The notes beneath the pieces are model-generated. The model did no database searches. It had not been told where the DNA came from and was given only the letters and a program-made list of their open reading frames with translations. 64,000 bases of DNA, from IMG/VR virus record IMGVR_UViG_2513237141_000003, positions 64,001 through 128,000 of that record. One strand, given 5' to 3'. This DNA is from a virus. Lineage: Duplodnaviria > Heunggongvirae > Uroviricota > Caudoviricetes. Position 1 is the first letter of the stretch. Each line of letters starts with the position of its first letter. Made by a program: the position numbers and the translations under genes. Below, piece after piece: positions 7,197 to 15,556 of this stretch.

Positions 7197-9877
7197 GCAC
7201 CTTCGCCGCGCCGGAGTCCGCCACCAGCGGTCTGCAGGGATACGACCTCGAAGGCGCCAAGCAGTCTCGTTCGTTCTACCGCTACGGCGGCAAGATCACG
7301 CTGTCGCCCGAGAAGTGCGATGGCGGTGAGATCGAGAAGGCCGCCATCCGCGCCGCCGGCATCGCGCTCGTGACCGATGATGGCAAGATGCTCTTCGTCA
7401 AGCGCGCCGAAGGTGGCGACCATGCCGGCGAGTGGGGCATCCCGGCCGGCAAGATCGAGGCGGGCGAGACCGCGGAGCAAGCCGCCATCCGCGAGACGAT
7501 GGAAGAAGTCGGCTACACGATCAAGGAGACTGACGAACGCGTCCAGCTCTCCCAGATCGCCAATTCCGACGTCGAGTTCACGACCTTCTTCCACCGTCTC
7601 GAAGGCGAGTTCGAACCCAAGCTCAATGCCGAACATGTCGGTCACCGCTGGGCATCCCTCGATCAACCACCAGAGCCGCTGCACCCTGGCCTGCGGGCAG
7701 CGCTGCCGCTCATCATCTCTCAGGCCATCGATACAACGATGAAATCCAACCAGGCCGTCGTCACGAAGCGCGGCGCAGGAGAAGGCGAAATGGAAAATCT
7801 CTCCTTGTTTGTGCAGCTGTGCAAAGTCGATGCCAAGCAGCGTATTGTCTATGGCACGGCCGTTGCCGAGGTTGCCGACCGCTCCGGCGAGATCTTTGAC
7901 TATGCGACCTCGAAGCCCGAGTTCGAGAAGTGGTCGGGTGACATCGAGAAGTCGACCGATGGCAAGTCCAAGGGCAATGTGCGCTCTATGCACGGCAAGA
8001 TCGCAGCCGGCAAGCTCACCGACATTGCCTTCGACGATACCCGCAAGGCCATCGACGTCGCAGCCAAGATCGTGGACGAGGACGAGTGGAAGAAGGTCGA
8101 GGAGGGTGTTTACACCGGATTTTCGATCGGCGGCCAGTATCTCAAGCGCTGGCAGGACGGTGGCTTGAAGCGCTACACCGCGCGCCCCGCCGAGGTCTCG
8201 CTCGTGGACCTGCCGTGCGTTCCGACCGCCACCTTCTCCATGGTCAAGGCTGACGGTACCGAAGAGATGCGCAAGTTCGCAACTCCCGCGGAGCCCGAGG
8301 CTGAGGCCGTCACCCCGGAGACCACAGAGGTCGAGAAGGCGGCGCCCACCATCACCAACGAGATGGTGGCCGAGCGCGCCGAGGCCCTGGCCAAGGCCTC
8401 TGGTCAGCACTTCATCACCCACATCGAAGAGGCTCGCGCCCAGCTTGAGGATGAGCTTTCCAAGTCGGCCGAGGCGGATACGTCGGCGGCCACAACCGAG
8501 ACCGAAGCGACTGCCGAAGTCACTCCCGAGGCGGAAGTCGCCAAGGGCGCGGAAGGCGAGGTGACAGTCAACCTTGAAGTCGACGGCGAGAAGCTTGCCG
8601 AGGCCGTCAAGATCACCAGCGGCAACAGCTCGATCACCATGAAGGGTAACGGCGACATTGTGATCACGACTGGTGAGGCGGATATCGCCAAGACCACGCC
8701 ATCCGATGTGGCCCAGGTCTGGATCTCCGATCGCCTGCCTGGTCAGCACTTCACCAAGAAGGGCGACCTGCAGAAGGCGCTCGTCGATCTCGATGCCAAG
8801 GCTGCCGCGGATGCGGCCGCCGCGCCAGTGCTCGATGCCATCAAGGCAGCGATTGGCGAGAAGACCTCTCTGCCCGATGGAGAGGTCGAGAAGCGCGAGT
8901 TCTCCGCAAAGGAGCGCGAGAAGGACGCAAAGTCCGGCGCGGCCGAGAAGGACGGCTCGTACCCGATCGAGAACGGGACCGACCTCGAGAACGCCATCAA
9001 GGCCTACGGCGAGTCCAAGAACAAGGCCAAGACCAAGCGCCACATCATCGCGCGCGCCAAGGCGCTCGGCCTGACCGAGAAGCTTCCCGAGGGCTGGACC
9101 CACAAGGTGGCGGAGGGCGACCTCACCAAGGGGGCGAACCTCTACTCGATGCGCGAGCTGATGCACATGCTCGCCTGCGTCGAGCGCATGGAGGACATGG
9201 TCGAGGTCGATTACGGCACCCCGCTGCCAAAGGAACTGACCGACAGGTTCGGCTCCACGCTGGTTGCGCTCGGCGACGTCGTGGCCGACATCCTCGACAC
9301 CATCCTGGCCGCGATCGGCGAGGAGGAGGCGGCCGAGGCTGCCGGCTCCGTCACCAAGTCGCTGGAGCTGATCGAGCTGATCAAGCGCGGTGCACGCAAC
9401 TCGGCGTCCGACAAGGCGCTGATCAAGCAGGCGCACGACGCTCTGACCGCCCTCGACAAGGACTGCTGCGGCGGCATGGACAAATCCGCCGAGACTGGCG
9501 ACCTCGCCAAGGCGGACGTTCTCGCTGCGGAGAATGAGGCGCTCAAGACCACCATCATCGACATCAAGACCGTCGTGGTCGATGGTCTCGCCAAGAAAGA
9601 TGCCGACATTGCCGCCAAGGACGCCACGATCGCCGAGAAGGATGCGGAGATCGCCAAGCTCAAGGAGCGCAACGCCGAGCTCGAAAAGAGCGCCTTCGAC
9701 TTCGAGAAGTTGAACAAGACCATGCTCTCAATCCGCGCCATGCCGGCGGCCGCTCCCTATAGCGGCAACTTCCGCATCGCGGAGAAGGGCATGCAGCCGG
9801 AGGGGGCACCTGCCAGCGATGACGAGCTGCGGCAGCGTGCCAACGCTGCCCAGATGCGGCATCAGGTCCGCCAGTAA
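7193..9877 (+). CDS. NUDIX hydrolase - prohead protease - scaffold fusion
   Basis: Full Nudix box GKIEAGETAEQAAIRETMEEVG; protease motifs RSMHG, YTGFSIGG, EVSLVD.P; acidic/coiled-coil C-terminal region; internal RBS AGGAG plus in-frame ATG at 7790. Confidence 0.88.
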   Translation: MSTFAAPESATSGLQGYDLEGAKQSRSFYRYGGKITLSPEKCDGGEIEKAAIRAAGIALVTDDGKMLFVKRAEGGDHAGEWGIPAGKIEAGETAEQAAIRETMEEVGYTIKETDERVQLSQIANSDVEFTTFFHRLEGEFEPKLNAEHVGHRWASLDQPPEPLHPGLRAALPLIISQAIDTTMKSNQAVVTKRGAGEGEMENLSLFVQLCKVDAKQRIVYGTAVAEVADRSGEIFDYATSKPEFEKWSGDIEKSTDGKSKGNVRSMHGKIAAGKLTDIAFDDTRKAIDVAAKIVDEDEWKKVEEGVYTGFSIGGQYLKRWQDGGLKRYTARPAEVSLVDLPCVPTATFSMVKADGTEEMRKFATPAEPEAEAVTPETTEVEKAAPTITNEMVAERAEALAKASGQHFITHIEEARAQLEDELSKSAEADTSAATTETEATAEVTPEAEVAKGAEGEVTVNLEVDGEKLAEAVKITSGNSSITMKGNGDIVITTGEADIAKTTPSDVAQVWISDRLPGQHFTKKGDLQKALVDLDAKAAADAAAAPVLDAIKAAIGEKTSLPDGEVEKREFSAKEREKDAKSGAAEKDGSYPIENGTDLENAIKAYGESKNKAKTKRHIIARAKALGLTEKLPEGWTHKVAEGDLTKGANLYSMRELMHMLACVERMEDMVEVDYGTPLPKELTDRFGSTLVALGDVVADILDTILAAIGEEEAAEAAGSVTKSLELIELIKRGARNSASDKALIKQAHDALTALDKDCCGGMDKSAETGDLAKADVLAAENEALKTTIIDIKTVVVDGLAKKDADIAAKDATIAEKDAEIAKLKERNAELEKSAFDFEKLNKTMLSIRAMPAAAPYSGNFRIAEKGMQPEGAPASDDELRQRANAAQMRHQVRQ

Positions 9878-10326
9878 TGGTCGCCTCCAAGCAGGTCTTT
9901 GGGCAGAACCCCAAAGACCTCGTCGGGGTGAAGAAGGTCGATCTTTCCCTCTTCCCCAGCATCGCCCATGCCCATGGCGCTCACGCATTCATGGACGGAG
10001 CCCGGAAGTACGGCCCGTACAACTGGCGTGAGAATGCCGTCCTTGCGCGGATCTACCTCGCTGCTGCCAAGCGTCATCTCGACTACTGGGAAGCAGGCGA
10101 AGAGACCGCCAAGGACTCGGGCGTTCATCATCTCGGCCATGCCATGGCCTGCCTTGCCATCCTTCTGGACGCGCAGGCGACCGGCAACCTGATCGACAAT
10201 CGGCCGAAATCGCCAGACCTGATCAAGGCCTTTGATGCCCTCAACGATGCCGTCAAGGCTGCTCAAGAGGCGCTGGCGAAGGCGAGTGCGCCGCAGGCTC
10301 AGCCTGTCGCTCAACCGGCTGTCTGA
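9877..10326 (+). CDS. dATP/dGTP diphosphohydrolase-like protein (DUF5664 type)
   Basis: Motifs K..LSL.P, GARKYGPYNWR, AAKRHL..W..GE..A.DSGVHHLGHAMAC. Confidence 0.82.
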   Translation: MVASKQVFGQNPKDLVGVKKVDLSLFPSIAHAHGAHAFMDGARKYGPYNWRENAVLARIYLAAAKRHLDYWEAGEETAKDSGVHHLGHAMACLAILLDAQATGNLIDNRPKSPDLIKAFDALNDAVKAAQEALAKASAPQAQPVAQPAV

Positions 10327-10447
10327 CGCGGCCATCGACTACGCCATCTCGATCATGGTCCTCATCACATTGATTGCGCTCGCAGCCTCTTGCGTGCGCC
10401 GCAAGCGCTCCGACAGCTCAAAGTCGTAGAGCCAGCGCCAAACGAAA

Positions 10448-10600
10448 TTCTCGCTGACCTCTCCGGGGACGGGGAGCGAGGCGAAATGCCCGCGCGCGAT
10501 GTCACGCGCTCCCGCTCCGGGGACGGAGCCAATGGGAGTTGCGACCACCTCGCTGCACCAAAGACGCGCTTTCCGCCGGGGACGGCGATCCCGCGCGCAA
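10448..10600 (+). ncRNA. Structured RNA element upstream of the capsid gene: three hairpins, each capped by a GGGGAC loop
   Basis: CCGGGGACGG at 10463-72, 10517-26 and 10576-85, with different but complementary stems (CTCTCC/GGGGAG, GCTCC/GGAGC, CGCC/GGCG). Confidence 0.6.
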
Positions 10601-10636
10601 CCACCCATCCATCCATTCCAATTTTGGAGAACGAAG

Positions 10637-12250
10637 ATGAACGCCACCGTGCGTGACATCAAGTTCGGCGACGCGACTCCTCTGGATCTCCAGAAGTCCT
10701 GGGCGCCGATCTATTCGCAGCCCGGCGTGATCGACCGCGCCCAGATCGCTTCCGAAGTCGCAAGCTTCCTTGCGGCCATGCAGAAGTCGCTCGCCACCAA
10801 CGAGTTCGTGCCCGAGGGTGAAAAGCTCTGGAAGAGCACCTTCAGCCAGGCCGGCTCCGCCACCTCGGGTCTGACCTACTACGATCTCGAGCTGGGTGCG
10901 AAGTTCCTGTACCCGGTGCTGACCCCGCTGCGCAATGAAACGCCCCGCGTCTCCGGCCGTGGCGGTATTCAGGCCAACTGGCGCGCCGTGACCGGCGTCA
11001 ACACCGGCGCTCTGCGCATCGGTGTCTCGGCCGGCAACCGTGGCGGCGTGCAGTCCGTCTCGACCCAGGACTACACCGCGGCCTATCGCGGCTTCGGTCT
11101 GGAAACCAACGTCGACTTCGAGGCCGAGTACGCTGGCCGTGGCTTCGACGACATCCGGGCGATCGCGGCCAAGGTCGGCCTCGAGGCCACCATGATCGGC
11201 GAAGAGATGCTGATCCTGGGCGGCAACACCTCGATGAACCTCGGCACCACGCCGACACCGTCTGCGACCGGCGCGATCACCGGCGGTTCGCTGGCGGCTG
11301 CGACCTATTCGGTGATCTGCGTCGCGCTCTCGTTCGACGCTATGGTCAACGGCTCGGTCGCTGGCGGCATCCAGGCCTCGATTACCCGCACCAACGCTGA
11401 CGGCTCGTCCGACACGTTCGGTGGCGGCGCGGCCCGCAAGTCCGGTAGCGGCACCGCTACCGTCGCTTCCGGTACCGCCGGCTCGATCACCGCCTCCGTG
11501 ACCCCGGTCGCCGGCGCGTGCGGCTATGCTTGGTTCTGGGGCGCGGCCGGCTCGGAATTGCTGGGTGCGATCACCTCGATCAACTCGGTTGCGATCACCG
11601 GCACCGCGACCGGCACCCAGACGGCGACCTCGCTGCCTGCTGCCGACAACTCCACCAACAGCCTCGTGTTCGATGGCATCCTGACCCAGATCCTCAAGTC
11701 TGGCTCTAATGCCTACGTCAACGCGCTCGCCACCGGCACCGCCGGCGTCGGCACCCCGCTGACCTCGGACGGCTCCGGCGGCATCGCCGAGATCGACGCG
11801 GCTCTGAAGGATCGTTGGGACAACTACCGCCTGTCGCCCGACACCATCTGGGTGAACTCGCAGGAGGCGCTCAACATCTCGAAGAAGATCCTGCAGGGCA
11901 ACAGCAATGCGGCCCAGCGCTTCGTCTTCGACAGCCGTCAGGACTCGCTCGGTGGTGGCGTCATGGTGCGTTCGTACCTGAATCGCTTCTCCATGGGCGG
12001 CGCCAAGACCCTGGACATCCGCATCCATCCGAACATGCCGGCCGGCACGATCATGATGACCTCACGGTCGCTGCCGTACCCCGTCTCGGGTGTCGCGAAC
12101 GTCCTGCAGATGCGTATGCGCCAGGACTACTACCAGATCGAATGGCCGCTGCGCTCCCGCAAGTACGAGAGCGGCGTCTACGCCGACGGCGTGCTGCAGT
12201 GCTACTTCCCGCCCGCGTTTGCTGTCATCAACAACATCGCGAACGGCTAA
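10637..12250 (+). CDS. Major capsid protein with an inserted beta-rich domain
   Basis: 537 aa from ATG 10637 (RBS GGAGA); YPVLTPLRNETPRV motif, Gly/Thr/Ala-rich insertion, C-terminal YADGVLQCYFPPAFAVINNI; highly biased codon usage. Confidence 0.88.
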   Translation: MNATVRDIKFGDATPLDLQKSWAPIYSQPGVIDRAQIASEVASFLAAMQKSLATNEFVPEGEKLWKSTFSQAGSATSGLTYYDLELGAKFLYPVLTPLRNETPRVSGRGGIQANWRAVTGVNTGALRIGVSAGNRGGVQSVSTQDYTAAYRGFGLETNVDFEAEYAGRGFDDIRAIAAKVGLEATMIGEEMLILGGNTSMNLGTTPTPSATGAITGGSLAAATYSVICVALSFDAMVNGSVAGGIQASITRTNADGSSDTFGGGAARKSGSGTATVASGTAGSITASVTPVAGACGYAWFWGAAGSELLGAITSINSVAITGTATGTQTATSLPAADNSTNSLVFDGILTQILKSGSNAYVNALATGTAGVGTPLTSDGSGGIAEIDAALKDRWDNYRLSPDTIWVNSQEALNISKKILQGNSNAAQRFVFDSRQDSLGGGVMVRSYLNRFSMGGAKTLDIRIHPNMPAGTIMMTSRSLPYPVSGVANVLQMRMRQDYYQIEWPLRSRKYESGVYADGVLQCYFPPAFAVINNIANG

Positions 12251-12259
12251 TAGCCAACC

Positions 12260-12283
12260 GAGGGGAGCGTTCGCGCTCCCCTC
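12260..12283 (+). other. Strong hairpin after the capsid gene (mRNA stabiliser or attenuator)
   Basis: GAGGGGAGCG-TTCG-CGCTCCCCTC, perfect 10-bp stem with UUCG loop, no U-tract. Confidence 0.65.
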
Positions 12284-12328
12284 TCTCCCCCGCCTCATCC
12301 CCCGCATTTTTCCTTCGGAGCACCAATC

Positions 12329-12670
12329 ATGGTTCGCCTCGTCGCGCCAGATGGCGTCACGCATTTTTCCCACAACGGTCACGAGTTCGAAGTCGGCGAG
12401 GACGGTCATGTCGAAGTCGCCGACCACATCGCGCCGCATCTTCTGCCGCACGGCTTCCGGACGCCGGATACCGTGATCGCCGACACCACGCCTGTCCATG
12501 GCGTCACCCGCAAGGACTTGATCGACGTGCTCGAGTTGTTCGGCGTTGGCGTCAACGGAGCGATGCGCTCCGAGAAGCTGATTGCCGTCTTCCGCGAGAC
12601 CGTCAAGGCCAAGACCACCAAGCCGGTCAAGACCGCTGAAAAGGCCGTCGAGAAGCAGGCCGCGAAGTAA
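12329..12670 (+). CDS. Small head-associated protein
   Basis: 113 aa, RBS GGAG, follows the capsid gene. Confidence 0.7.
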   Translation: MVRLVAPDGVTHFSHNGHEFEVGEDGHVEVADHIAPHLLPHGFRTPDTVIADTTPVHGVTRKDLIDVLELFGVGVNGAMRSEKLIAVFRETVKAKTTKPVKTAEKAVEKQAAK

Positions 12671-12694
12671 CCCATACCCAAAGGGGCAGTCGAG

Positions 12695-12880
12695 ATGACC
12701 GCACGCACAGTTGTCGTTCCGGCCGCCCCTCGCGCCCCACAGGTTCCGGCGACGGCGAAGGTTGTCGCGGAGCCGCAGGTCCCGGTCGGTACGGCGCACA
12801 TCCAGCATCAACATCCGCTCAATATCTGCCCGTGCCCCGATTGTCGGGGTCTCGTTAGCTCATCGAATGGTTGCCTCTGA
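12695..12880 (+). CDS. Hypothetical small protein
   Basis: 61 aa Pro/Val-rich ORF; stop overlaps the next ATG. Confidence 0.45.
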   Translation: MTARTVVVPAAPRAPQVPATAKVVAEPQVPVGTAHIQHQHPLNICPCPDCRGLVSSSNGCL

Positions 12881-13779
12881 TGCTCGCATGGACTGAAGGC
12901 AAGACCCCGGGCGAGGACCGCAGCTTCCCCCTCGACTGGACCGTCAAGCTCGCCGGCGACACCATCACGACATCGACATGGGCTGTCATCGGCGGCGATG
13001 CGCCGGCCGCCGGCACGCTCGCCATCAACTCGTCGAGCCACACCAACACGGGATCTACCGTCGTGCTGTCCGCCGGCAATGTCGGCATCCTCTACACCCT
13101 TGCCAACACGATCACGACCGCGGCTGGCCAGACCTTCGTCGAGTCGGTGCAGCTCCAGGTCAATAGCCAGCTCGCGTCGGCAGGTCTCACCACGCTCGAC
13201 AACGCGCTCGGCTATCTCGGCGCAGCCAACGACGACAACGGCAACATCGCCCGCCTGATCAGTGTCCTATCGACCCAGATCGAGAACTGGCTCGGCTATT
13301 CGCTCGCGCAAGGCTCGCGCACGCGCACCTTCAACGGGCAGGGTACCCGCCGCTTCTTCGTTCCAGACTTGCCGCTGGTCTCCGTGCAGTCGCTGACCGT
13401 GAACGGCCAGACGATCCAGCAGGGCGCATGGTCGGGCGCCACGCAGCTGCCGGGATTCTACAACGACGCCCGTTCGATCTTTCTGGTTGGCTACGAATTT
13501 CGCCACGGCTTCCAGAACATCTCGATGACCTACACCTCCGGCTACTCGCCGATCCCGTTTGACGTCGAGCAGGCCTGTCTCGACTGGATGAAGATCGTCT
13601 ATTCGACGGCGGGCTCGACGCCGTTCGGATCGAACGTGATCCGTGTGCAGGCCGGCGACTCCTCCTTTGATTTCGGCGGCGATGGCTCCGTCACCTCCAC
13701 CAAGACAATCCCGATGCCGGCATCGGTCTTTGCCGTGCTGAACAATTACCGGCGCGTAGCCATGGTGAGCGGGTTCTGA
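12880..13779 (+). CDS. Head-tail connector fused to an N-terminal fibre-adaptor-like domain
   Basis: N-terminal KTPGEDRSFPLDW..KLAGDTITTSTW beta domain; C-terminal gp6/gp15-like LTTLDNALGYL...YTSGYSPIPFDVEQAC. Confidence 0.78.
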   Translation: MLAWTEGKTPGEDRSFPLDWTVKLAGDTITTSTWAVIGGDAPAAGTLAINSSSHTNTGSTVVLSAGNVGILYTLANTITTAAGQTFVESVQLQVNSQLASAGLTTLDNALGYLGAANDDNGNIARLISVLSTQIENWLGYSLAQGSRTRTFNGQGTRRFFVPDLPLVSVQSLTVNGQTIQQGAWSGATQLPGFYNDARSIFLVGYEFRHGFQNISMTYTSGYSPIPFDVEQACLDWMKIVYSTAGSTPFGSNVIRVQAGDSSFDFGGDGSVTSTKTIPMPASVFAVLNNYRRVAMVSGF

Positions 13780-13780
13780 C

Positions 13781-13936
13781 ATGAGGACGAAGAAGCTTAC
13801 CAGGGAAGAGGCACACGTGCAGGCGCGCGCCCGCGAGACCGCAGCAGCCAAAATCGAGCGCATCAACACCTACGCGCGGTCCTTCTCCGACATGAGTATC
13901 CGCGTGCTCTACCCTGACGCAGAAGGCGACGAGTGA
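13781..13936 (+). CDS. 51-aa hypothetical protein
   Basis: Read by hand (MRTKKLTREE...); fills the gap exactly and its stop overlaps the next GTG. Confidence 0.5.
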   Translation: MRTKKLTREEAHVQARARETAAAKIERINTYARSFSDMSIRVLYPDAEGDE

Positions 13937-14325
13937 GCGGGCTCTATCCGCGCACGGTCGAGATCCACCGCCCAAAGACGGTGGCCGCCGCATCCGGCGC
14001 GGCCGACACTATCGGCTTGACCGGATATTCCGGCATGACCGTCGATACGAGCTCGTCCGATCCGCAAGGAGAGACCGTGCTCTTCACCGGGGTGCCGGCG
14101 AGCATTCAAGCCGCCGCCACGGGGCGCAAGCGCGACAGCGCGCTGCCGCAGGACGCCGTCTCCAATCCGACGTGGAATGTGTTCATCCCGGCCATGGCCG
14201 TTCCCAACGGCTCGATCCGCGACCGCGACATCATCATTGACGACGAGCAGTATCGCTACGAGGTCGGCCAGGCCTATTGGAATATGCTCGGCTACAAGTG
14301 CATGTGTATTCGTCTGGAGGCGTGA
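13933..14325 (+). CDS. Head closure / stopper protein
   Basis: 130 aa; IRDRDIIIDDEQYRYEV motif; neck-region position. Confidence 0.72.
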   Translation: MSGLYPRTVEIHRPKTVAAASGAADTIGLTGYSGMTVDTSSSDPQGETVLFTGVPASIQAAATGRKRDSALPQDAVSNPTWNVFIPAMAVPNGSIRDRDIIIDDEQYRYEVGQAYWNMLGYKCMCIRLEA

Positions 14326-14326
14326 C

Positions 14327-15277
14327 GTGGCAGATTTGTCGGACGTCACCGCCTATCTGGCGCAACAAGCCTTCATTGCCGTCTATCCAAACGGGACAGG
14401 CTCGGCATCCGTCGCCGGCATGGATTGCCGCATCTTCGAGGGCTGGCCGCTTCCCGACCAGCTCGACAACGACCTGACCGGCTTCATGATGGAGAACGGC
14501 GACAAGGTCAAACGTCCTGGCGGCGTCTGCGCCAACGTCTCGATCTTCCCGATGCTGGGGCAGGGCGCGCCGGTCCCTCAGATCCAGAACAAGACCCGCA
14601 CGATCAGCCAGCCCACCTATGGGCTCACCTTCACGGTCGTCGGCAACACGCTTACGGTGTCCGGCCAGCCGGCCGCGGGCGAGTATCTGACCATCATCGC
14701 CGACGACGAGTACGTGTTCTCGCGCGGTGGCGCCACCACGCAGGCAATACTGGCTGCGCTCCTGGCCGATGCGCAGGCGGCATACCCGCAGGCGAGCGCA
14801 ACCTCGACCTCGCTCACCGTTCCCGGCACGCACATTCTCGTCGTGCGGCAGGGCGGCGTCGGCAAGGTGGGAAGGGTTATCCACCGCCAGAAGAACTCGA
14901 TCATGGTCACGGTGTGGGCGCCGAATCAAATCGCCCGCGCCGCCTTTGCCAAGGCCATCGACGTCCAGATCAAGCAGACCATCGTCACGACGTTGTCTGA
15001 CACGTCGCAGATCAAGGTCACCTACAACCGCACCAATACGATCGACGAAGAGCAGTCCAAGGGCATCTATCGCCGCGACCTGGTGTTCGATGTCGAGTAT
15101 GCGACCCTCGAGATATTCGACGCCTACGTGATCACCTCGACGCAAGTGTCGATCATCAACCTTGCCGACACGACAACAATCGCAACGGCCGTGACGGGCG
15201 GCGACCCCGTCAACGTCGTCAACCCATCGCTCGATTTCAGCGATCCCGACGACTCCCAGTACATACCTGAAATCTAA
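14327..15277 (+). CDS. Tail terminator / completion protein with an inserted domain
   Basis: Start at GTG 14327 (RBS GGAGG); RIFEGWP..DQL and YRRDLVFDVEYAT motifs; lies between the neck and sheath genes. Confidence 0.72.
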   Translation: MADLSDVTAYLAQQAFIAVYPNGTGSASVAGMDCRIFEGWPLPDQLDNDLTGFMMENGDKVKRPGGVCANVSIFPMLGQGAPVPQIQNKTRTISQPTYGLTFTVVGNTLTVSGQPAAGEYLTIIADDEYVFSRGGATTQAILAALLADAQAAYPQASATSTSLTVPGTHILVVRQGGVGKVGRVIHRQKNSIMVTVWAPNQIARAAFAKAIDVQIKQTIVTTLSDTSQIKVTYNRTNTIDEEQSKGIYRRDLVFDVEYATLEIFDAYVITSTQVSIINLADTTTIATAVTGGDPVNVVNPSLDFSDPDDSQYIPEI

Positions 15278-15292
15278 CGACGGGGCACGCCA

Positions 15293-15487
15293 GTGAGCTT
15301 CCATCTGACCTGCATTCACGAGTTCGGAAAATACACCAAGGGCCAGCGCATCACCGATCCTGATGAGGTGCGGATGCTCATGAAGGATCGCGATCATCAC
15401 TTCGTGCGTACCAACGCGCCCAAGGAGGTGAAGGAGGAGATCGTGGCTCCAACGTCAGCTCCGCCTGATCCTTCGACGCTGCTCTGA
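15293..15487 (+). CDS. Small protein preceding the sheath gene
   Basis: 64 aa ORF. Confidence 0.62.
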   Translation: MSFHLTCIHEFGKYTKGQRITDPDEVRMLMKDRDHHFVRTNAPKEVKEEIVAPTSAPPDPSTLL

Positions 15488-15515
15488 GCCGCAAAACCTC
15501 AATCCTTCTCTTCGT

Positions 15516-15543
15516 AAACCCGCCCGCCAAGGCGGGTTTTTTA
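15516..15543 (+). terminator. Intrinsic terminator-like hairpin
   Basis: AAACCCGCC-cgccaa-GGCGGGTTT followed by TTT. Confidence 0.72.
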
Positions 15544-15556
15544 TTTGGAGCAACCC

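Noticed and set aside
9877-10326. Z-genome (diaminopurine) pathway suggested by the dATP/dGTP diphosphohydrolase
   Set aside because: No PurZ-like synthetase or dedicated polymerase in the window; it cannot be excluded for the unseen part of the prophage.
10232-10429. Possible small TM ORF between the diphosphohydrolase gene and the capsid leader
   Set aside because: No convincing RBS or start; the hydrophobic stretch alone is insufficient.
10448-10600. CRISPR mini-array interpretation of the three 10-nt repeats
   Set aside because: The repeats are too short, the flanks form stems rather than spacers, and no cas genes are present.
4124-14349. Long antisense ORFs (e.g. 4124-6163, 7154-9436, 10502-12028)
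   Set aside because: Shadow frames of GC-rich, codon-biased phage genes on the + strand; no motifs or RBS.
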